From Candidatus Aenigmatarchaeota archaeon (lineage in GTDB: Archaea > Aenigmatarchaeota > Aenigmatarchaeia > Aenigmatarchaeales > JACQIB01), in contig JACQIB010000005.1 in the NCBI GenBank assembly GCA_016198755.1, positions 48,931-112,930 of the forward strand: a DNA stretch of 64,000 bases. Reading direction: 5' to 3'. The notes under the pieces are model-generated. The model did not search any database. It saw only the letters and a program-made list of their open reading frames with translations, and had not been told where the DNA came from. The position numbers and the translations under genes were made by a program. Positions 57,548-64,000 of this stretch are shown here, one piece after another (positions within the stretch are counted from its first letter, which is position 1; each line of letters begins with the position of its first letter).

Positions 57548-59493
57548 TCAACCACCACTAACGCAGGCAGTTCATTCAAGCTGCGTATCCAGAAGTCAGG
57601 GCTTCCCTCTTTGTTTTTACCTATCAAAGCTGTTTTTGCACCAAAAGCATGCGCATCTTTCAAATCCCTTTCCCAGCTGTTTCCAACCACAAGAACGCGC
57701 TCTGGGTTTGTTTTCATCTGAGAAAGGATAATTTTAATATACTCTGGGGAAGGTTTCATTGTGCCCGTTTTCTCCGGAGTTATTATTGTTTCAAACATAT
57801 GGAAAACCCTGCTGTTGAAAGCAGAGTTAATCTTCTTCTTTAATTCAGGTAAAAACTCATCGCTTGCTATACAGATATCGCATGAATCTGAGAGTATATC
57901 CAAAACATTTTCCACACCCTTCTCAACCTCCAAATCAGCACCAACCTGCTTCCAGAACTGCTCCAACCCCTTTTCTATAGTTCCTCCATTGACTTTTGTT
58001 CCCAGCTTTTCTAATGTAAGGTTAATTGCATGCTCCCTTCTCCTTTTCTCTGGTTCTTTAGAGTCTTTTAGGCTGGAAACAACTGTTTTCCATGTTCCTT
58101 CTATCAAAGCTTCTGGCAAACCTGTGCTTTTGGAAAGTATAATAAACAAATTCTCGTAAGCCTTGTCAGCATGTATTTTATATAATGTTCCGTCAGCATC
58201 AAAAACAACTGTATCAAACTTTTTTGCAGGTATTTCCCTTTTCTTTTTAATTCCGTTAAACTCTGAGTAATAAGTTGTATAGGATTCTATATTTTCCTTA
58301 ACGAGAGTCATTGGACCTATAACAGTATTACAGCCCACTAAAACCCCTGGCATTATGTTAACTCCGGTCCCAACTTTAACATTATGCGCAAGCACACAGC
58401 CAAAATAACTCAGGCCAGTCCCAACTCTTTTCTCTCTTACTGTAGACTTTATTTCTCCCCTGTCTATCCTCCTGTTTGCTGTTGTAAAGCCTGTTCCTAT
58501 CTTGCAATTTCTTCCGAAGACAGAATTGCCAAAATAACCATTGTGTACATGACAACCTTCCTGAAAAATGCTTCCTGTAACTTCGGCATGAGCACCAACC
58601 ATTGTATTGTTTTCCAGATTAGAATATCCTCTTACCAGTGTTCCGTTTCCAACAACACAATTCTCTCCTATATAACATGGACCCTTTATAATAGCGTTCT
58701 CATAAATTATAGCACCCTCGCCAATCCAGACATCTCCTATAATTTTTGCCCCTTCCTCTATTTTTGCTGTTTCCGCAATCTTCTGCCCACTCAATCTATA
58801 ATTCATCAAAAGCCTGCAACAAGTCAGCATATCCCACGAATACTTTAGGGAAGGGAGTTGCTGCTCTGTTATTATAACACTGCAATCTTTTTCCTTTCCC
58901 ATTAGGTTTAGAGCTTCTTCAAATGAATATTCCTGTGCGGGAACTTTTTTGTGGAAAGAAAAGAAGTTTTTTGGCAAAAGGTAAATGCCGCATACCATTA
59001 CATCTGAAGGAGCTTTGCCGTCTTCAGGTTTTTCTATTGTTTCAATAAACTTGTCTCCATTTAACTTGAAAAACCCTCCTCTTGATAAGTCCACAGAATG
59101 CTTACCAACGAAAACTGCAGCTGCGCCTGTTTCCTTCTTCTTTTCAACCATTTGCTTTACCAAAGAACCGCAGGTAAAGTGGTTTGCATTAAGTACAAAG
59201 AAGTCCCCGTCTATCAGGGATTCAGCCTGCATTAGGGCATCTCCCATTCCCTTTGGTTCTTTTTGCACAACAAACTGCAAATCAAAAGAGAATTTCTTTC
59301 CTGCAAATTCTTTCTCAGCCCCCCTCTCAGGACCCTGAACAACAACAACTTTATTTAACCCAGCTTCTTCCAGTTCTATCAATGTCCATTCCAAAAGGCT
59401 GCGGCCCATTATTTTGAATAAAGCTTTCTTATGCTTCTCAGAAAGCGGCCAGAATCTTTTTGATTCACCTGCGGATAAAACAACTGCCTGCAT
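57544..59493 (-). CDS. fusion protein: sugar-1-P nucleotidyltransferase + left-handed beta-helix acyltransferase (GlmU-like) + C-terminal HAD hydrolase
   Basis: ATG at 59493: MQAVVLSAGESKRFWPL (NTP-transferase). Hexapeptide repeats (IGENCVVGNGTLV, VGAHAEVTGS, IGTGFTT, VGTGVNIMPGVLVG). HAD motifs FDADGTLY ... VVGNSWERDL. Confidence 0.75.
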   Translation of the reverse strand: MQAVVLSAGESKRFWPLSEKHKKALFKIMGRSLLEWTLIELEEAGLNKVVVVQGPERGAEKEFAGKKFSFDLQFVVQKEPKGMGDALMQAESLIDGDFFVLNANHFTCGSLVKQMVEKKKETGAAAVFVGKHSVDLSRGGFFKLNGDKFIETIEKPEDGKAPSDVMVCGIYLLPKNFFSFHKKVPAQEYSFEEALNLMGKEKDCSVIITEQQLPSLKYSWDMLTCCRLLMNYRLSGQKIAETAKIEEGAKIIGDVWIGEGAIIYENAIIKGPCYIGENCVVGNGTLVRGYSNLENNTMVGAHAEVTGSIFQEGCHVHNGYFGNSVFGRNCKIGTGFTTANRRIDRGEIKSTVREKRVGTGLSYFGCVLAHNVKVGTGVNIMPGVLVGCNTVIGPMTLVKENIESYTTYYSEFNGIKKKREIPAKKFDTVVFDADGTLYKIHADKAYENLFIILSKSTGLPEALIEGTWKTVVSSLKDSKEPEKRRREHAINLTLEKLGTKVNGGTIEKGLEQFWKQVGADLEVEKGVENVLDILSDSCDICIASDEFLPELKKKINSAFNSRVFHMFETIITPEKTGTMKPSPEYIKIILSQMKTNPERVLVVGNSWERDLKDAHAFGAKTALIGKNKEGSPDFWIRSLNELPALVVVE

Positions 59494-59494
59494 T

Positions 59495-60463
59495 CTAATC
59501 ACCAATTACCTCCAGTAAGGCTGCTGCTGTTTCCGCAGGTTTGTGTTTTATTATATGCGGCCAGTCTTTCATTCCGCCCCCCCTAACCCTGTCTTTCTTT
59601 TGGGCCTCGCCCAGTGGAGTTTTGTCCACCAAATCCTTAACGATAATTTTTATTCCATCTACATTATCTATAGTAACTAGGTCCATTCCAGAATTTTTGT
59701 AAAATTCCAGCACATCATCTGAAGGAGTGCCATTGTTTGCAATAACAACATCGGGTTTTCTGCCTGCATACTTCTCAATCTCAGCACAGTGCATAGATAA
59801 TGTAAAACCGGATCTGGAGGTAATGTTTGCTACGTATATGATCTTTTTGCCTTTCAGAGATTCTTTTACTCCTTCAGACAGAAGTATGGGTATTGTGCTT
59901 GTGGAAAGGCCGCCAGGAGCCAGCACAACAAAATCAGCATTTTTTATACTTTCTATCACAGCTTCTGTTGCCTTTGCAGAAGGATCTAAAAAAAGCCTGT
60001 CTACTCTGCTGCTATTATCCCTTGTTCCAATCTCCTGCTCCCCTTTCAGTATTTTCCCATCACCAAGCTCAGCAACAATATCTGTTTTTTCCTCTGAAAC
60101 GGGCAAAACCTGACCACGTGCGCCAGAGAGCTTGCCCAGTTTTTCCAGTGCAGCTGTAAGGGAGCCCTCTGTTTTTATTTTTGAAACAAGCATAAGGTTA
60201 CCTAAAGAAACACCTTTCATCTCACTCTCTGTAAACCTGTAGGATAAAAGCTTTGTAACAGGATTTTCAGGATCTGCTAAAGCAGCCAAACAGCTGCGTG
60301 CATCACCTATTCCTATAATTCCAAACTGCTCCCTTAAAATTCCTGAATGTCCACCGTTGTCTGTTACAGTAACAACAGCTGTTAAATTATGGGGAGTGTT
60401 GCGCAGCCCGCGTAAGAGATGAGCAAGACCGGAGCCGCCACCGAAGAGAACGATTTTCTTCAT
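59495..60463 (-). CDS. CofD/YvcK-family (UPF0052) protein
   Basis: ATG at 60463: MKKIVLFGGGSGLAHLLRGL...VVTVTDNGGHSGILR...GDARSCLAALA. Confidence 0.7.
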   Translation of the reverse strand: MKKIVLFGGGSGLAHLLRGLRNTPHNLTAVVTVTDNGGHSGILREQFGIIGIGDARSCLAALADPENPVTKLLSYRFTESEMKGVSLGNLMLVSKIKTEGSLTAALEKLGKLSGARGQVLPVSEEKTDIVAELGDGKILKGEQEIGTRDNSSRVDRLFLDPSAKATEAVIESIKNADFVVLAPGGLSTSTIPILLSEGVKESLKGKKIIYVANITSRSGFTLSMHCAEIEKYAGRKPDVVIANNGTPSDDVLEFYKNSGMDLVTIDNVDGIKIIVKDLVDKTPLGEAQKKDRVRGGGMKDWPHIIKHKPAETAAALLEVIGD

Positions 60464-60468
60464 TATAA

Positions 60469-61170
60469 TCACTCCTCCATTAGCTTTCCAGCCAGCTTCA
60501 CATCAGCATCCAAAAACTCTTCAATGCTATCAAAGTCCATCCAACCGCTGGAAACCTTAAAGGTTTTTACATACTGCTTTGCAGCAAGCTTGTTAACAGC
60601 TTCCACTAAAGACAATTCACCTCCATCTATTGGAACAATGCTTTCTATCTCTTCAAAAATATTTGATTCAAACCTGTAGAGGGCTGTGTTTATCAGGTTT
60701 GTTGGGGGGTTTGCAGGCTTTTCTATTATTGCTTTCAGTTTATCCCCCTCCGTTATAACAACTCCATATTCATGTGGATTTGAAACCTCTGTAACACCAA
60801 CAGCTGTCCCAGTTTCTGCAAGAGCTCTCCCTACATCAGCTGTTGAATAAAGGGAATCACCCATAAGGACAATGAACGGCTCGCGCCCGACAAACTTTTC
60901 AGCTGCTGCAACAGCATGCGCTGTTCCTCTTAGCTCACCCTGTTCTATCAGTGTTATGCCAGAAAAGTTTTCTTTCTTCAAAAATTCCATTATCTTTTCC
61001 TTCTTATACCCAACAACAATGCCAATCTCATCATTCCCTGATTTTTTCAAAGCAGTGACAAGATACCAAAGAAGCGGCTTCTGGCCTATATTTATCAAAA
61101 CCTTTGGTATGCTTTCTGTCAGCGGGGCTGCCCTTCTGCCCATCCCTGCTGCCAAAATAACTGCTTTCAT
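60469..61170 (-). CDS. sugar-phosphate nucleotidyltransferase
   Basis: 233 aa. MKAVILAAGMGRRAAPLTESIPKVLINIGQKPLL...GTAHAV. Confidence 0.8.
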   Translation of the reverse strand: MKAVILAAGMGRRAAPLTESIPKVLINIGQKPLLWYLVTALKKSGNDEIGIVVGYKKEKIMEFLKKENFSGITLIEQGELRGTAHAVAAAEKFVGREPFIVLMGDSLYSTADVGRALAETGTAVGVTEVSNPHEYGVVITEGDKLKAIIEKPANPPTNLINTALYRFESNIFEEIESIVPIDGGELSLVEAVNKLAAKQYVKTFKVSSGWMDFDSIEEFLDADVKLAGKLMEE

Positions 61171-61811
61171 TTCATACCCTCCAATGCTTTTCCTTTATTC
61201 AGAAACTCTGTTAGCGATACGAAGACTTCATCAGCTGCAGATAAACCAGAAACATAAGACTTGTTTGGTATCGCAACACAATACAAACCTGCGTTCTTCG
61301 CATCTCTCACTCCCTTTGCAGAGTCTTCAAGTACAAAGCAGTCTTCAGGCTTTAATTTCATTTTAATTACAGCATTTCTATACGCCGCAGTCTTTGTGCC
61401 AAAATCTTCTGAGGAATTTATTATAGGGAAGTATACATCCAGACCTGTGCCCTTTAGTATTTTTGCTATTATGCCCTTTGAACTATTGGAAACCAAAGCC
61501 AATTTTAATCCATTCTTCTGGAGTATCAATAACAACTGTTTATACGCTTTTTTAGTCTTTATTTTTGCAGGTATGGCATCCAGAACAAGTCTATTATATC
61601 GAGATACTATAGCCTCGTCTGAAAGCATTATTTTGTAATCGTTCCTGTATACTTCTATATTTTCAGTAGCGCTATTCCCTATAAACTTTTTATAATCATC
61701 CAACGTTAAATTAAATCCAAGGGTTTTTAAAAATGCCTTCTTGCCTAGCCAGTGGAATTCCTCTGTATCTGCAATAACTCCATCCATATCGGAAATAAAT
61801 CCTTTGAACAT
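61167..61811 (-). CDS. HAD-superfamily hydrolase (beta-phosphoglucomutase-like subfamily)
   Basis: 214 aa. Motif I FISDMDGVIADTE. ...VSNSSK.... Motif IV-like LEDSAKGVRDAKNAG. Confidence 0.7.
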   Translation of the reverse strand: MFKGFISDMDGVIADTEEFHWLGKKAFLKTLGFNLTLDDYKKFIGNSATENIEVYRNDYKIMLSDEAIVSRYNRLVLDAIPAKIKTKKAYKQLLLILQKNGLKLALVSNSSKGIIAKILKGTGLDVYFPIINSSEDFGTKTAAYRNAVIKMKLKPEDCFVLEDSAKGVRDAKNAGLYCVAIPNKSYVSGLSAADEVFVSLTEFLNKGKALEGMK

Positions 61812-61812
61812 T

Positions 61813-64000
61813 TTATTTCACCGTCACCGATTTGGCTAAATTTCTTGGAAAGTCAGGATTGCATCCTCTCATTATGGCAAGGTGGTAGGCGAGAACCTGC
61901 ATTGGTATTATCTGGCAGATGGAATTGAAAACTCCCGCATCCCATACTCTTATCCAGTGGTCAAACACCTCGTTGTTCTTGGGTCCGACTCCGATTATAA
62001 TTGCTCCACGGGCTTTCAGCTCTGTTGCATTGCTTATAATATCTTTTTCTGTGTCCTCTGAAACAAAAACAATACATGGAGTTCCTTTGTCTATCAATGC
62101 TATTGTTCCATGTTTCAGCTCCCCCCCAGGATAGGCTTCTGCATGTATATAGGATATCTCTTTTATTTTCAGCGCTGCTTCCATTGCTGTTGTATACTGC
62201 AAACCTCTCCCAATCAGATAGATATGCTCTTTGTCCTTTAGCAGCTCTGCAACCTTTTTTGTATGCTCCCTTGCAGCTCCTGAGGTTAAGTGGTATAAAA
62301 TGTAGATAAGGTTCTGAAGTTTTTCTTTCCCGTCATCATATTTGCCTGCAACAGCATATGCCAAAAGGGTTAGCAGAGCAACCTGTGCAGTAAAGGCTTT
62401 GGTGGAAACAACTGAGATTTCTGGACCAGCGTTTGTCATAAGGTAATGGTCTGCCTCCCTCATTATAGTAGATCCCATAACATTTACAATGGCTACAGTT
62501 TCTGCTCCCCTCTCCTTTGCAGCCTTTATTGGAAGGAGGGTATCCATTGTTTCCCCTGACTGGGAAACTGCTATAACAAGAGTTTTCTCATTTATGAAGT
62601 CGGCATAGTTCATGAACTCTGAGCCTGTTATTGTTACTGTATTCATCTTTGCAACTTTTGCGAAAATATAGTTAGCATGCCTGCATGCATAGGAAGCTGT
62701 GCCGCATGCCACAAAAACAACATTCTCAGCTTTTCTTATCAGCTTTGCAATATTCTCAACTTTTTGCCTGTTTTGAAGTAAAGAACGCTTAACTGTATCC
62801 ACTTGTTCTAGAATTTCCTTTATTGTAAAGTGATCGAAATTGCCTTTTTTTGCCTGTTCGGGAGACCAGTCTATTATATCCGGCTTCCTATCTACAACTT
62901 CTGCTGTCAGAAGATTTTCCAGCTTAACTCCGCTCTTGTCTATTATTGCCAGTTCATTATCCCTGAAAAATAAAACCTTCTTTGTATGGTCTAAAAAAGC
63001 AGGTATATCAGAAGCTATAAAATATTCCTTCTCCCCTACACCTATAACAAGCGGGGAGTCCCTGCGCGCAGCCAGAAGCATTGGATAATCCTTATGGACA
63101 GCCAAAATAGCATAGGCTCCGTCTATTGTTTTTACTGTTTCCTTGAAAGCTTTTAGGAAATCCATTCCCATATCCATAAAGTACTGGACTGCGAGGGGGA
63201 TGGTTTCCGTGTCTGTCTGGCTGGCAAATTTGTATCCTTTTGACTGGAGAAAATTGCGCAGCTCCTGGTAATTCTCAACTATCCCGTTATGTATAACAGC
63301 AATTTTTCCGTCATTTGAAAGGTGTGGGTGGGCATTTTCTTTCGTTACGCCTCCATGAGTTGCCCACCTAGAGTTGTGACTTATTAAACCATCTGCAACA
63401 AAATTTTCTGTCCCTGGAACTTGTAAGTCATAGACATAAGGAACATCGCTGACAAATTTTCTTATTTCAGTTATTTTTTGAAAAACAACATCGCTATTCA
63501 AATATCTACCAAGATCTGACGAGACTTCTATATTTCCTTTTGCCTGCATCAAGCTTAATAATTGAAGAGCTGATGTTTTTGTTATAAAGGCTTTTCCGTA
63601 AAGCGCTTTGCCCTTTATAGCATATTTCTGGTACATTTCTGCTTTTGTAAGCGGGATGGATTTGTAAGAATGTGAGTGTCCCTTGATCATTTTAGAAAGT
63701 ATACGCTCAGCTTTTTGTAGCTTTTCCGTGCTTGTAAAGCCAATGTTTTTTAAGAATCCCTCTACATCATCCGCTGTGTTTATGTTTAGTCCATATACTG
63801 GACCCCATACTCTTTCATATTTACTGAAGGAAGACAATATTCCGAATCTTAACAAAAGGAGCTTTAGAGCCTTTATTAAATTTTCATTATTCATTCTAAT
63901 CATAATTTGCCTGGATTTTGTGTTGCAGGCTGACTCTGCGTCAAACAATCCGCGTATAAAACCTCTTAACTCTTCATCTGGTGTTCTGCCAATGAGTGGG
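61813..64000 (-). CDS. glmS: glutamine-fructose-6-phosphate aminotransferase, interrupted by an intein (5-prime part beyond the right edge)
   Basis: The C-extein starts SRWATHGGVTKENAHPH... It has two SIS domains and the terminal ...NLAKSVTVK. The minus frame stays open to nt 64000 (PLIGRTPDEELRGFIRGLFDAES...), so the track start at 63948 (TTG) is internal. Confidence 0.9.
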   Translation of the reverse strand, partial: PLIGRTPDEELRGFIRGLFDAESACNTKSRQIMIRMNNENLIKALKLLLLRFGILSSFSKYERVWGPVYGLNINTADDVEGFLKNIGFTSTEKLQKAERILSKMIKGHSHSYKSIPLTKAEMYQKYAIKGKALYGKAFITKTSALQLLSLMQAKGNIEVSSDLGRYLNSDVVFQKITEIRKFVSDVPYVYDLQVPGTENFVADGLISHNSRWATHGGVTKENAHPHLSNDGKIAVIHNGIVENYQELRNFLQSKGYKFASQTDTETIPLAVQYFMDMGMDFLKAFKETVKTIDGAYAILAVHKDYPMLLAARRDSPLVIGVGEKEYFIASDIPAFLDHTKKVLFFRDNELAIIDKSGVKLENLLTAEVVDRKPDIIDWSPEQAKKGNFDHFTIKEILEQVDTVKRSLLQNRQKVENIAKLIRKAENVVFVACGTASYACRHANYIFAKVAKMNTVTITGSEFMNYADFINEKTLVIAVSQSGETMDTLLPIKAAKERGAETVAIVNVMGSTIMREADHYLMTNAGPEISVVSTKAFTAQVALLTLLAYAVAGKYDDGKEKLQNLIYILYHLTSGAAREHTKKVAELLKDKEHIYLIGRGLQYTTAMEAALKIKEISYIHAEAYPGGELKHGTIALIDKGTPCIVFVSEDTEKDIISNATELKARGAIIIGVGPKNNEVFDHWIRVWDAGVFNSICQIIPMQVLAYHLAIMRGCNPDFPRNLAKSVTVK
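63373..64000 (-). mobile_element. intein with LAGLIDADG homing-endonuclease domain (C-terminal about 209 aa visible)
   Basis: LAGLIDADG-type block GFIRGLFDAES. The C-terminal splice junction is ...VADGLISHN|SRWATHG (His-Asn then +1 Ser), inserted in the conserved GlmS (G)H(T)RWATHG motif. The last intein codon is at 63373-63375. Confidence 0.8.

Overview
This is 64 kb of an AT-rich, very gene-dense archaeal chromosome. Archaeal hallmarks are TBP, MCM, aIF2-beta, Hjc, an RFC-like clamp-loader subunit, Dph5 and Dph6, a class II ribonucleotide reductase and an initiator-type tRNA-Met. Many neighbouring genes overlap by 1-4 nt, and convergent genes share or abut their stop codons. I infer a small-genome (DPANN-like) archaeon, but the sequence alone cannot prove this.

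Layout:
(i) 1-16.9 kb: a minus-strand type IV pilus-like locus of about 17 genes. It has a FlaI/PilB-type ATPase, a polytopic platform protein and about nine small prepilin-like ORFs, five of them absent from the ORF track (four under 60 aa, one partial at the window edge). It also has four large surface proteins; three of these are tandem paralogs with a shared Cys framework and different C-terminal tips.
(ii) 16.9-26.7 kb: about 12 co-oriented genes with no recognisable family. They encode three paralogous membrane proteins and coiled-coil, proline-rich, module-sharing proteins. This is my best candidate for an undescribed system.
(iii) 26.7-30.2 kb: two AbiEi/AbiEii toxin-antitoxin pairs in opposite gene order flanking dph5.
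(iv) 30.4-43.2 kb: two Trm5-type methyltransferases around an RNA-ligase-like gene, nrdJ, an AdkA-like kinase, an AMMECR1-like gene and several orphan genes including a paralog pair.
(v) 43.2-50.7 kb: an information-processing island with tRNA-iMet, hjc, an RFC-L-like gene, aIF2-beta, an OB/winged-helix protein, mcm and tbp. A RelE-type TA cassette here is bracketed by duplicated copies of the tbp 3-prime end.
(vi) 50.7-64 kb: dph6, MTAP, then one long minus-strand operon. It joins intein-containing glmS and nucleotide-sugar genes to a succinyl-CoA-synthetase-like pair, a short citrate-synthase-family (citryl-CoA-lyase-like) gene and PGI/PMI.

I saw no rRNA, CRISPR array, transposase or integrase. 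All family calls come from motifs read by eye; no database search was run.
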